In this document: positions 24,318 through 35,398 of the stretch, one piece after another | Position numbering within the stretch: the first letter of the stretch is position 1 | Layout of the letters: each line of letters begins with the position of its first letter | From: Thraustochytrium aureum | Lineage: Eukaryota | Assembly: GCA_012862495.1 (NCBI GenBank) | Contig: BLSG01000353.1 | Span: forward strand, 1-63,814 | DNA length: 63,814 nt | Direction of reading: 5' to 3' | Translations under genes and position numbers: made by a program | Notes under the pieces: generated by a model | What the model saw: only the letters and a program-made list of their open reading frames with translations | Told to the model about the DNA's origin: nothing | Databases searched by the model: none

Positions 24318-25240
24318 ATGGCCAGTCTCCTGGCGGCGCCGCTCGAGGCGTTCGCCTCGATATGGGGTTCCACATTCCAACGAAAGGCTGCTGCACAGGA
24401 CGTTTCAACTGCCCTGGGCGACGACGTGGGCGATGCGCGCAAACTGCCATCCGCGCCACAGCATGTTGTCCAAGTCGGCCAAAGCACGTTTGCTCTGANN
24501 NNNNNNNNNNNNNNNNNNNNNNNNNNNNNNNNNNNNNNNNNNNNNNNNNNNNNNNNNNNNNNNNNNNNNNNNNNNNNNNNNNNNNNNNNNNNNNNNNNNN
24601 NNNNNNNNNNNNNNNNNNNNNNNNNNNNNNNNNNNNNNNNNNNNNNNNNNNNNNNNNNNNNNNNNNNNNNNNNNNNNNNNNNNNNNNNNNNNNNNNNNNN
24701 NNNNNNNNGAAGCGCAAGCGCGACGGGCAAGACCTTGTATGCGCCGGCACTTGCCACGTGTCCTACTTTGGGATCCAGCTCTGCGACGCAGCACTGTACA
24801 TGCAACCCGACACAAGTTCTGCGCAAGTCTTGGACTCTGGCCGCAGCAAAGAGCTCCACATCCGCTACCTGCGCTACATCCCTGGCTCCCAATTCAAGGC
24901 GCAAACGAGCAGCCTCGTGGCCAAGAACGGTTTCTTGGACGCGGCGCGACATGGCTCAGCCACCGCTGCGGAAACGCAGACCAACCTCGACGAATTCAAC
25001 GGTCTCTACAGGGACGTCAACGCGGGCGACTCTTTCACGCTCTCGTACGACCACCGCAGCGAAACCAGCTCGCTGTGCTTGAACGAGACGCGACTTGGCC
25101 ACGTGCGCGGGGCAGCATTTTCGCGAGCTTTGTTCAGTGTCTGGTTCGGCGAGCACCCCTTTCTTGCCTATCTCAAGACCTCGCTCCTGGCCCCCCTGCC
25201 GAAGACCTTCTCCGAGGCGGCCATGGTTTGCTCTGAATAG
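24318..25240 (+). CDS. Chalcone-isomerase-fold protein (bacterial-like CHI/FAP type), interrupted by a gap
   Basis: LVCAGT..SYFGIQLCDAALY, ELHIRYLRYI, DVNAGDSFTL, LGHVRGAAFSRALFSVWFGEHP..LKTSLL. Confidence 0.75.
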
Positions 25241-25605
25241 AACCTCCTGTACTTACTCTACCAGCCAGCTCGAGCGTGGCGAAACGCACGCTTTGATTTC
25301 TTGAGATCAAGAATACTCTGCGGGTCCGTGTCTTGCTTCACCTCGAATCTTCTGCAGCCCCTTGATACGCCGTCCGCGCTTGCCAGCAACCGCGCGAGTC
25401 GTGCAAGCGCGTTGCCATAGTGCGCGCGCCTCTTAGTGCGCGCGCCTCTTGCAATAACGCCCTGAGACGCGGGCGACCGAACGATTTAGCCCTGTTTGTG
25501 CCTCCAAGGTCCCAAACCTGCCGCTCCTCCGCACCTCGCAACGTCCCGAGCGGCTTGCAGCGCAGTGAGCCGCACCCGGCGCGCCCGCCTGCGGAGCCAG
25601 ACAAG

Positions 25606-26322
25606 ATGTCAAAGCTTGCTGCGCTGCTCGCGCTCGCTCAGGTCGCAGCGATCGTGCGCGCCGCGGTGTCGCGAGCTGAGCTGGACGTGTCGCCGCCTTC
25701 GCCGCCGCTGTGGGGCGGCAACAGCTCGTCGCTCGGGTTCACGGCCTCGGTCAACATGACCGCGCCGAGCGACTCGCTGACGCACCCGCGGTGGAGGTTC
25801 CACTACTCGTTTGACGGGGAGGGGAAGCGGTCGCGCTATGACCACGAGCGCGGCAACGCAGACGAGGTTTGCAACCTTTCCGCGCAGGCCCGGGCGGCGC
25901 CTGGACGGCCATGCTCGGTGATCTTTTCCGCGCCGCTCAAGGCAGTTTTCATCGATGTGCCGGAAGTGGCAGACGGCTGCTGCACTTGCCGCGACCCGAT
26001 GCTCGGGCCGGTACGAAGCGATTGGCTCCGGGGCGCAACCTTTCGCGGCGCGATCACAGTCCGCGGCGTCGCCGCGCTAGAGTGGCTTACATACGGCGCT
26101 TTTGACAACCATTATTACGCCACGGCGGACGCGTCGCGGAGGCCAGTTCGATTTATGGAGCACAAGAACGGCCTGCTCAAGCAGTGGGACTTTGACCTGG
26201 AGACGTACCATGCCGGCCGGCCTGACGCGGCTTTGTTCCAGCCGCCGCCGGGCTGCTTGTCTCGTACGTGCGCAAATCCGCGCTGTATGGGCCGCCGCGG
26301 CGAGCTGCAGGATGAATCCTGA
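25606..26322 (+). CDS. Secreted protein, probable ependymin-related/LolA-like fold
   Basis: Signal peptide MSKLAALLALAQ; CC.C..GPVRSDWLRGATFRG..VRG..W..YY..RPV and PD..LF..P..C motifs. Confidence 0.55.
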   Translation: MSKLAALLALAQVAAIVRAAVSRAELDVSPPSPPLWGGNSSSLGFTASVNMTAPSDSLTHPRWRFHYSFDGEGKRSRYDHERGNADEVCNLSAQARAAPGRPCSVIFSAPLKAVFIDVPEVADGCCTCRDPMLGPVRSDWLRGATFRGAITVRGVAALEWLTYGAFDNHYYATADASRRPVRFMEHKNGLLKQWDFDLETYHAGRPDAALFQPPPGCLSRTCANPRCMGRRGELQDES

Positions 26323-26380
26323 GCGTCACAGGACGCGAGAGGTGCTGCTCATGTTCGACTAGATTACATTTCTAAAATTC

Positions 26381-29146
26381 CTACACGGCGTCAAAGTCGC
26401 CCCTGCGCGCGTCGCTCCGTAGACGCGCCGCTTCTGCGGCCACTTGGGTTGCACTGTTGTCACTTACGTCGCTCTGTTCGTTGCTGTCGCTCTCCTCGGA
26501 GTCGCTCCCGGCGCTGCGATAGCCCGCCTGCATGTCAGCCTGGTACTCGGCTTCCTGGACGGCCCCACCGCTTCCGTCGTCCATGTCCAACGCGTAGGTG
26601 TTCGAGTCGTCGCTCTCCTCCTCCATCTCCGCACCCGCGGCAGGGCTTTGCTGCCGCCATACGCGCAGAGAGTCTTCGCGGACCACCTGCGTGGCGGTCC
26701 CAGCGCCACGGCCGGTCTCGACTCGGTAGGTTGGCGGCGCTCCGCCACGGCCTGGGATCACCTTGTCCACCTCGCCGAGCAGGCCTGTCGTCGACCCCAT
26801 GTGCCTCACCATAACGCGATCGCCGACCGCGAAACGGCCTCGCCCATTCGTTTGTGGCGGGGTCGTCGCGGCGGCTGCGGCAACGGGCCGCTTGGCACTA
26901 CCCTGAACGGGCGGAGGTGGGATTGCGGCGCTAGCAGCAGCTATGGGGTGCAGGTTGTCGGCACCGAGCCCCTGCCGCAACAGCCGTGTGACCCGCGCGA
27001 GCACCACGGCCTCGCCCTTGAGCAAGCCAAGCTGCTCTAGCTGTGGGCGCGAGGCGTAGATCGCAGCCTCCAGGTCCATGCCGTTGGCGTGGAAGAGTGG
27101 GGCCCGGTGCTCCAGGCCCGTTTCGCGAAGCAAATCGTCCACGCTTCCAAGCGGTTTGCTGGCAATTCGCTCGATCGCGATTGCGTCGAGCTTGGCCTTA
27201 CGTAGACCGGCGTTGCCGCCAAGCTGCTCAGCTCGCAGTTCCTCCTCCTTGTCGCACGCCGTGCGCCCTGTAGGCGACTCCTGCGGCTGCGCCAGCGGTG
27301 AGGCCGGCACAAGCAAAATCTCGCTCGCGGCCTTGGCTGGAACGTGGGCCCTTGCCCCTCGCAGGCCGCGCTGGTGCAGACCCACTGCAGCAGAGCCTCC
27401 AACTGCCCCTGCAGCGGCGGCGGCACCAAGCGGGCCGTCGAGCTCGACGGCCATGAGGTGCTCGCCTTGCTTGTCGTTTTTGCTGCCGCGAAGCCGCTCC
27501 GGCAGCATTTCTGGTCGGTGCTTGCGCAAATAGAATACGCACAGCGCGAGAAGGCACGGCAGCAGGCAGAACACGCAAACAAGTGCGACGATCAGACACA
27601 CGAGGCAAAAGCCCGACTCTGGGGTCGTCGTCGGGCTTGACGTCGGCGCGCGCGTGGGCGCGGCACTGGGACCTGCTCCGACGCGGATCTCAACGCGCTG
27701 GCCGAGCAGGCAGTTGCCGTGCTCGGGCTCTGGCAGCGAGCTCGCGACGAAAATGGTCGTGCCTGCCGAGCTCGCTTCGATGGGCAGGCGAAATCCGCTT
27801 GGCGCAAACCCCGCGTTTGCATCAGCGAGCTGCAGCGCCCCCTCAAAGTTGCACGACTCGATGGCCGCTCGGGATGCCAGCGCGTAGACGTTGCTGGCGC
27901 CGCGAGGGTACCTGAATTGCACAGACTCCCCGACCTCGACCTCCAGCGGCTGATAGAGCGCGTTGCGGGGTGGGGCCCACAATGCGTCGCCGCCAACGCC
28001 GTTGACAGGGATGACTGCGCCGCAAAGCCCGGGAACGACGCACTCGACGCCCTGGTTGTAGCAGACTTGTGCATCGATGCACGAGTTAATCGGGCCGTCG
28101 CCGGTGATTGCGTTGCCCGACAGGTCGATGAAGGTGATCGCAGTAAACCCGTCAACGACCGCCCCTTTTAGCGTGCCCGACATGCGGTTTGAGGGAAGGC
28201 TGATCTCCGAAATTACCAAAACAGACTCGGGCCCTCCAGCCTGCAGCTCGCGCCGCCCCCGGCGCAAGCTAGCGGCTGGCACCACCGCCGAATCGTTGTG
28301 CACGACGCACGTCACGAACCGCTGCGACCCGGTTTGCCGCAAGCACGTCGGGTCGCTGCAAGGGCTGTCTCGTGTGACGCACGCCTCCCACTCCGGTCCG
28401 TCCAGTTCGTCGTACATTGCTCTCCAGGCTTCCAAGTCTGAGGCGGCGATCGCGGGTATAGGCGGTACCGTTGGCGACGAAGAAGGCGCCAAAGTGAGCA
28501 CCAAAGTGGGCGCCAAAGTGGGCGCCACTGTGGGCGCCACTGTGGGCGCCAACGTCGGCGCGAAGGAAACGTCTGTCGGCGAACCCGAAGGACGAGGGGA
28601 TGGTGACGCTGACGGCTGCGGGAGGGTCGGTGACGCACTTGGTTGCGGCAGGGTCGGCGAGCGCGTAGGCCGGGACGTTGGTGTGCAGAGCGAGAACCAG
28701 CTGTGATCAAAGTTGCACGACCACGTTCCATCAAAGCACTCAGGGAGCACCATGCACGGAGGGGGTGGCCCGTCCAAGGGCGCTAAGGAAAGGATGTTTC
28801 TGTCCACGTTGGACACTCTTGGCGAGCTACTCATGTCGATTACTCGAAGCCGGGGGAAGTTGCGCAGAAGCCGTCGCTGTAGTTTCCCGAACAGGCGGTT
28901 GTTAGGCAGAATGATGCCCGTCACGCGCCCAGATACGGGGTCGCAGGTCACGCGACGCCCTTCTATGTCACACTCGCACGGGTTGGCAAACCATTCCGCG
29001 CCGCAGTACAAGACGAAAAAGTGCGGCATGTCACTGTCCAGGCTCAAAATCAGCAACTCGTAGCTCGTTCGGTCTTGCGGATGGATCTCGACCGTCTGCG
29101 CAGCCACGCGGATCGCCCCCCAGGCCACGGCGGCGACGGCCGCTCC
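26381..29146 (-). CDS. Type I membrane protein: two LRR-cap modules, PT repeats, phytocyanin-like domain, TM, SAM, SH3/KOW-like tail (5' end in gap)
   Basis: GRVTGIILPNNRLFGKL, ISEISLPSNRMSGTL..IDLSGNAI; VGESVQFRY..SNVY..SCNF; TM CLVCLIVALVC; SVDDLLRETGLEH..LF..GMDL..LEQLGL; FAVGDRVMVR. Confidence 0.7.
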   Translation of the reverse strand, partial: GAAVAAVAWGAIRVAAQTVEIHPQDRTSYELLILSLDSDMPHFFVLYCGAEWFANPCECDIEGRRVTCDPVSGRVTGIILPNNRLFGKLQRRLLRNFPRLRVIDMSSSPRVSNVDRNILSLAPLDGPPPPCMVLPECFDGTWSCNFDHSWFSLCTPTSRPTRSPTLPQPSASPTLPQPSASPSPRPSGSPTDVSFAPTLAPTVAPTVAPTLAPTLVLTLAPSSSPTVPPIPAIAASDLEAWRAMYDELDGPEWEACVTRDSPCSDPTCLRQTGSQRFVTCVVHNDSAVVPAASLRRGRRELQAGGPESVLVISEISLPSNRMSGTLKGAVVDGFTAITFIDLSGNAITGDGPINSCIDAQVCYNQGVECVVPGLCGAVIPVNGVGGDALWAPPRNALYQPLEVEVGESVQFRYPRGASNVYALASRAAIESCNFEGALQLADANAGFAPSGFRLPIEASSAGTTIFVASSLPEPEHGNCLLGQRVEIRVGAGPSAAPTRAPTSSPTTTPESGFCLVCLIVALVCVFCLLPCLLALCVFYLRKHRPEMLPERLRGSKNDKQGEHLMAVELDGPLGAAAAAGAVGGSAAVGLHQRGLRGARAHVPAKAASEILLVPASPLAQPQESPTGRTACDKEEELRAEQLGGNAGLRKAKLDAIAIERIASKPLGSVDDLLRETGLEHRAPLFHANGMDLEAAIYASRPQLEQLGLLKGEAVVLARVTRLLRQGLGADNLHPIAAASAAIPPPPVQGSAKRPVAAAAATTPPQTNGRGRFAVGDRVMVRHMGSTTGLLGEVDKVIPGRGGAPPTYRVETGRGAGTATQVVREDSLRVWRQQSPAAGAEMEEESDDSNTYALDMDDGSGGAVQEAEYQADMQAGYRSAGSDSEESDSNEQSDVSDNSATQVAAEAARLRSDARRGDFDAV

Positions 29147-29958
29147 NNNNNNNNNNNNNNNNNNNNNNNNNNNNNNNNNNNNNNNNNNNNNNNNNNNNNN
29201 NNNNNNNNNNNNNNNNNNNNNNNNNNNNNNNNNNNNNNNNNNNNNNNNNNNNNNNNNNNNNNNNNNNNNNNNNNNNNNNNNNNNNNNNNNNNNNNNNNNN
29301 NNNNNNNNNNNNNNNNNNNNNNNNNNNNNNNNNNNNNNNNNNNNNNNNNNNNNNNNNNNNNNNNNNNNNNNNNNNNNNNNNNNNNNNNNNNNNNNNNNNN
29401 NNNNNNNNNNNNNNNNNNNNNNNNNNNNNNNNNNNNNNNNNNNNNNNNNNNNNNNNNNNNNNNNNNNNNNNNNNNNNNNNNNNNNNNNNNNNNNNNNNNN
29501 NNNNNNNNNNNNNNNNNNNNNNNNNNNNNNNNNNNNNNNNNNNNNNNNNNNNNNNNNNNNNNNNNNNNNNNNNNNNNNNNNNNNNNNNNNNNNNNNNNNN
29601 NNNNNNNNNNNNNNNNNNNNNNNNNNNNNNNNNNNNTGCGGGGTGCGCGGCAGTGGCGGTTGTGCGGGATGGAGGAGGCTGCGCCGCGGTTTTCGAAGAC
29701 GACGCTCGAGCTGCTCGCGAGGACGTATGCTCAGGTCGGAGACCGCGCTGGCCCGTGGCGTGCGCGAGTGAGCCGCGATGCGCTGATGGATGCCGAACCG
29801 GGGCTCCGACGCGCGGCGCCGCCAGGGGAGGCGCGAGACGCAGCCCGGGTGCCCCAGGGCGCGCTTGGGCAAGGCGGAAGCGCGCCCGCAGCGAGCTCGC
29901 AAGGTAGGGCTGGGCGCAGCAAACTCGGCGCCGGCCGCAGAGCGCTGGACGTGAAAAC

Positions 29959-31005
29959 ATGATCTGGCGCGCGCCGACGCCGGTGGCGCGCGGCTCGGTC
30001 GCACGAACAGCCTTGGCCGCGGGAGCGCCAATACCGCGGTCCGCGTGCCCGCCCAAACCTGCCGTTCGCCCCGGGGACGACGCACCGCTCACCTTGGACG
30101 ACCTTGCAGAGGCGCGACTGCCCTCGCCAAAGCCCTCCAGGCAGTCCGTTGGACGAGGCGCCCTGAGCAATAGCTCGCCCCTGCCGCGCAGCAGTCACGC
30201 GCAAGCCCGCCGAGCTGGCGGCGCACGGTCGTGCCACAAAGTGTTCGCCAACGTCGAGGAGGAGCCGCCCCTCGCAAGTTTCGCCACGTCAAGCGGCGCG
30301 ATGGCAAGGCGAGGGACGGCAAAGCGCGCAACCGCAAAGCGCGCGGTCGCCCGTGCTGGAGCTGGCCTCCAGAACATGGCGAAGGATCCTAATGCCCGGC
30401 TCGCGAGGCCAGCAAGCTCGCCCCCAGGCAGCAATGCTGGGCCGAGCGAATGCAAGGTGCAAGCAGGCCTTGATCAGGATGGTTCGTCGTGCGAGCGCAC
30501 TGACTTGGATGCGTCGGACCCGCCGACGGCTGACGAGGCTGCATTCCTCAGAGCGATCAAGGCTTGCTCGAATCGAACCGAACCCGAGTCCCCGTCGCGG
30601 GATGATAGTGGGCCAACGCTGCCCATTCAAGATTGCGAGCACGGCCTGGGGGGCAGTGAGGGTGTATTGTCTGGCGACGACCTGCTGGGGGCTCCATCGC
30701 AGGAGGAGGTCGAGTTCCTAGTTCTGCTCGGCATCGATATTGCCGCTGGGCAAGGAAACCATCGACCTGGCGACGCAGAGGGCAGCGAAATGCCTGCAGA
30801 CGCGGAGCAGCGAGAGAAACTTCCTGTCGGGCCGCGCTCTGGCACAGAGCCGCACCGGCCGGACTTGCGAAGCGTCCAGGAGGACCTGGCACTCAGTAAA
30901 CAGAGGCTTCTGGAGCTCGACCGCCTCGAACGGATCGTCTTTGAGCAGCACCAGGTCCTGACCGAGTCGTGGCAGCGACGCGCACGAGAGAAGCGCCCTG
31001 CGTGA
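29959..31005 (+). CDS. Hypothetical low-complexity protein (probably begins upstream or in the gap)
   Basis: 348-aa ORF ending in a coiled-coil-like segment; no family recognised. Confidence 0.4.
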   Translation: MIWRAPTPVARGSVARTALAAGAPIPRSACPPKPAVRPGDDAPLTLDDLAEARLPSPKPSRQSVGRGALSNSSPLPRSSHAQARRAGGARSCHKVFANVEEEPPLASFATSSGAMARRGTAKRATAKRAVARAGAGLQNMAKDPNARLARPASSPPGSNAGPSECKVQAGLDQDGSSCERTDLDASDPPTADEAAFLRAIKACSNRTEPESPSRDDSGPTLPIQDCEHGLGGSEGVLSGDDLLGAPSQEEVEFLVLLGIDIAAGQGNHRPGDAEGSEMPADAEQREKLPVGPRSGTEPHRPDLRSVQEDLALSKQRLLELDRLERIVFEQHQVLTESWQRRAREKRPA

Positions 31006-31187
31006 ACCGAACGGGCTCGCCGGCGCCCTCCGCCTGCGTTTTTGACAACTTGTATTGTACCTCCTTACTCTACCTCGAGAGGCTTATCGTTTTGTTTTCG
31101 ACCAAATGAGCTTTTCACTGCACCGCGAGCCTGCCAGCGACACGCTCGACTCTAGCGCCAGCCGCCTCGCTACGGTCGCAAAGTGGC

Positions 31188-32516
31188 CTACGCGGCCCGC
31201 AGTTGGCGGCGAACGGTTTCGACGGCCTCGGCAAGCCGCTCGTAGTGCGCTGGCTCGTTGTACAAATGAGCCGAAATGCGCGCGTGGAGACCGCCACCGG
31301 CGCGCTTGATCGGGCACTCTATCGAAAAGGCGTGGTACAACTGATCCTGCAGCGCTGCAGCGGCGCCTGGACCCGTGTCGAGCTCATCTGGCAGCGGCAC
31401 GAGGGTCATCGGAGCCCTAACCAACGACGAGCCGCGCGGGGCGATCCACTTTTCAGGTTCGTTTGTGCCCCAGGCGTCAGCGAGGCGGATCGCCGACGAG
31501 GCGGCAAGGGAAGCGTTGCGCTCGCAGACTGCGCCTCGAGGCGCGTCCGCCTTTTCCCAAAGTCGAGCACAGCTGGCAAGGTCAGTGCTGCGGCGTAATC
31601 ACGACACCCGTCCCAGTAAAACCGGTCTGGGAACGGTGCGACGCGCCGTGCGACGTGACGCGCGGCTGAACCTCGGAGAGCACGCCACCGCGCGGCTCTC
31701 GCAAGTGCAGAAAGCCGACCGACTTGGGCGAGCAGAGCCACTTGTGGCAATTGCCGACGTATGCATCGCACTTGAGCTCGGTCAGGTCGACGTGCACCGC
31801 GTTAGGTCCGTGCGCCCCGTCGACGAGGACAGGCGCGCCGTGTTTGTGGAACACGTCCGTGAGTTGCTCGATGGGCAGAACGAGGGCCGTGTTGGAGGTG
31901 ATGTGGTCGATAACGCCGAGCGCCACAGGCCACTCGCCTCGCGCCTTGGCTGCGTACAGCTCGGCGTCAACGTGCGCGCACAGTGCCGCGGGAGACGACA
32001 GCGGCAATGGCACCGCAATCTCCAGCACCCTGCCTTTCGCGTGCCGCGCGGCCATACGTTTCACCGAACCGTACGCAGTGTCCAGGAGGACGATGCGGCC
32101 GTCGGGTCCGCCCCGCTCGGCCGCCTCGGCGACGACGGCGTCCAAGCCGTGGTCGCGTTCGCCACGAGCGCGAGATTCCGCACGTCACCCGCGTTGACAA
32201 AGTTGGCCAGTCGGCGAGCGCTCTCTACGAGGTGCGGGAAGAGCGCGCGGTCGAAAAACCGCAGCGGCTGCTGCTCCGCAAACGCCCTCCACTGCGCAGC
32301 GCGCCGTTCGCCCACATCAAGCGCCGCGCCAAACGCGCCGTGGTTGACGAACGTGAACCGCTCCAGGTCGATGCGAAACCGGTCCCGTCCCAAGCCGCCA
32401 ACATCGGCCTCGAACGGCAGCTCCACAGCGGGTCGCGTCGCCGCCGCTGCGCCCGCCAGCAGCTCACCGAGCGGTGCGCTCATGAAGCTGCCAAACCCCT
32501 TGGCGACAGCGCTCAT
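31188..32516 (-). CDS. PLP-dependent aminotransferase class V (cysteine desulfhydrase / Egt2 / isopenicillin N epimerase-like), several frameshifts
   Basis: FTFVNHGAFGA, VANATT, DHITSNTA, VLVDGAHG, YVGNCHKWLCSPK (PLP Lys), FYWDGCRDY, RISAHLYN. Confidence 0.85.
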
Positions 32517-32751
32517 CCTCGCGGGCCCATCCAGCGCGCCTCGCCGCGCCGGGCGCTGCCCTGCCCGCCCGCAGCTGCACAGACCGGTCCTCGCGGCAGC
32601 CGCCCAGTAAGCAGTGTCGCGGCGCTGGCGAGCGAGACGCTCGTGTCGTCGCCCGCCGACGACTGCGCCAACCCAGCAGCACGACCCGAACGAACGAACG
32701 AACAACGCACAGAAAACCCAGCAGAGTCTCCTGACAGTGAGCAGACCCCCA

Positions 32752-32910
32752 TCGAACGAACGAGACAAGCAGACCCCGTCGAACGAACGACGCCCAGCAG
32801 GCCCACGCGATCGAACGAACGACGTCAGTGAGCAGACCCCCATCGAACGAACGACGCCAAGCAGGCCCACGCGATCGAACGAACGACGCCCAGCAGGCCC
32901 ACGCGATCGA
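32752..32910. repeat. 32-bp-period composite minisatellite
   Basis: TCGAACGAACGA core at 32752, 32779, 32811, 32843, 32875 and a partial copy at 32907. Confidence 0.85.
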
Positions 32911-33458
32911 AGGCGGCGCCCAGCGACTCGCAAGGACCGCCAAGCGACTCGCAAGGACACACGGAAGGCGACTTCCAGCGGACCCATCACGGGCGAAGGC
33001 GACACCCAGCGGGCCCGAAANNNNNNNNNNNNNNNNNNNNNNNNNNNNNNNNNNNNNNNNNNNNNNNNNNNNNNNNNNNNNNNNNNNNNNNNNNNNNNNN
33101 NNNNNNNNNNNNNNNNNNNNNNNNNNNNNNNNNNNNNNNNNNNNNNNNNNNNNNNNNNNNNNNNNNNNNNNNNNNNNNNNNNNNNNNNNNNNNNNNNNNN
33201 NNNNNNNNNNNNNNNNNNNNNNNNNNNNNNNNNNNNNNNNNNNNNNNNNNNNNNNNNNNNNNNNNNNNNNNNNNNNNNNNNNNNNNNNNNNNNNNNNNNN
33301 NNNNNNNNNNNNNNNNNNNNNNNNNNNNNNNNNNNNNNNNNNNNNNNNNNNNNNNNNNNNNNNNNNNNNNNNNNNNNNNNNNNNNNNNNNNNNNNNNNNN
33401 NNNNNNNNNNNNNNNNNNNNNNNNNNNNNNNNNNNNNNNNNNNNNNGGGCTGGCGCAT

Positions 33459-34900
33459 ATGGGAACGGATCTGGGGTTTGCGATAGGGCGGGCCGCCGTG
33501 TCGGCGCCGTTTGTCGCAGCGAGCTGGCTGGGACTTGCGCGGCGCGACTCGGCTCCGCAGCGGTCTGCAGAGGCAATCCTCGACTTTGCTCACGCTGTGA
33601 CGAGCACGAGCCTGCATGCATCCGAGCAGATGACACGAGCTTCGATCGCCGCCACGGACGGGGCCCTGGGCATCGCTGGGATCGAAAAGGGCGAGACGCA
33701 CCGGCTGCTTACTGCCTACGTTGAGGCCCAGGCCGGCAGCGAGGGCTACGAGACCAAGTCGGCGCTCCTGGGGCTTGCAAACCTCCTTGCCGAGCTCTCC
33801 AGCGAGGTTACGGTGAGCAGCCCGCTGCTGCTGATGGGTGGCGCCCGCGCGCTCGCCGAGCGCCACGCGTACGAGCGCGAGCTCCGGATCGCAGCGCGGC
33901 GGAGCCTCGACGCGCCGGCCCCGTCCTTCCTAGCCCGGCGCAGCTGCGCGAGTGGTCCAAGTACATGCGCTACAGCGCCGCTGCGTACGGGTACGAAGCC
34001 GTCCAGTTCCTGGGGATCATCCCAGCGAACGCCCTGCGGCGCGACATGCTCACGGACCGAGGGGCCATCCGCGTCCTCACGGGGGTGCAGCCCCGCGACG
34101 TCCTGTTGCAGCAGCGCGCAGGCGAGCTGTACCGGCCAGGCCACTTTGTCGCCGTCCACCACGGCGACCGCGAGGTGGTGGTCGCGATCCGCGGCACGAT
34201 GCGCCTGCACGACGTTCTCGTCGACCTTGTCTGCAAGTCGGCCGAGTTTGTCACAGTGTTCGACGGTGAGCAAGCCGTGACGGGCCAAGCGCACGACGGG
34301 TTTCTGCGGTCTTCGCAACGGCTCGCGGGCGAGCTCCACCAGACCGTGGTGGAAGCTCTCGAAGCCAACCCGGGCTATTCTCTCGCGATCTGCGGCCACA
34401 GTTTGGGCGGCGGAGTCGCCACTATCCTCGCTTTGCTTTGGGCCCGCATCCCTGTGTTTCGCGAGCGCAACGTCCGAGCCTTTGCGTTTGCCGCACCTTG
34501 TTCGGTCTGCTCGGCGATCTCCCAAGCGCCCTTTACGCGGCGGCACGTCACGTCCGTGGTGATGCAGGACGACGTCGTGAGCCGGCTTGGCCTGGTCTCG
34601 TTCAAGGCCTTGCAGCGCGACATGCTCGACCTGGCGAACGAGGCAGCTGGCGTTTCTAAAACCCGCGCGCTTGTCGACAGGAGCACGCGGGATGGCGAGG
34701 TGTCGCGCCTCTATTGCGGCGGGCGCGTCTGGTGGATCAACTCGGCAGAGTATGAGCCGCACAGGATGGTTGAGGTGGACCCTGTGGAGGAGCTGCACAG
34801 CATCGAGCTGTTTGCCGACATGTTTGCAATCCACATGCCAAACGCGTACATTCGCGAGCTTGAACGATTTGAGAAAGAGGGCGTCGACGCTGTTTGCTGA
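33459..34900 (+). CDS. Class 3 lipase (DAG-lipase-like), frameshift near 33915
   Basis: YSAAAYG, VVVAIRGT..DVLVDL, AHDGF, ICGHSLGGGVA, FAAP, DDVVSRL, HMP..Y. Confidence 0.88.
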
Positions 34901-35398
34901 GTGGCTGGCGGTCTTGCGTGGAGCAACGCTTGTGTTTCAATCTACTCGTAGAGATCATAGTGTATCAGAAGGCAACCTTTGACAAGAAAGAAACTTTTAA
35001 AGTTTTTCGCTTTGGTACGAGCCGCCAGGTTCGCCGAAGGCTGCAGCCGAGGTCGCACCTCAAGTTGGACGCCCAGGGGCAGCCGAACTAGCCTTCGAGA
35101 CTCGCCTTTTGAATACGCCGCAACCCAGCCATCCTCAACTTGGATCGAAATGGATGTTGACCGCCAACACTTGGCGGCAATAAGAATAGGGGGGAAGAGC
35201 ACAGCGCGCTGCCCTCGAGACAAAGGCCGCCCGGCAAGCCCGAGCGAGCATCTGAATCGCCGACTCGGACGCCGTGAGGCCAGCCAGCGCAGCGGCCAGT
35301 GACCGCCGAAAAACTAGCACTAGCTTGCCCTCTCTACTCTAGCTAGAGCTAGAGAGAACTGTCTTCTCGTCGAGAGCTCGCGCCTCTCCTCTCTAGAG

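Noticed and set aside
32752..32910. CRISPR array
   Set aside because: Eukaryotic context, the repeat is only 14 nt, spacers recur, and there are no cas genes.
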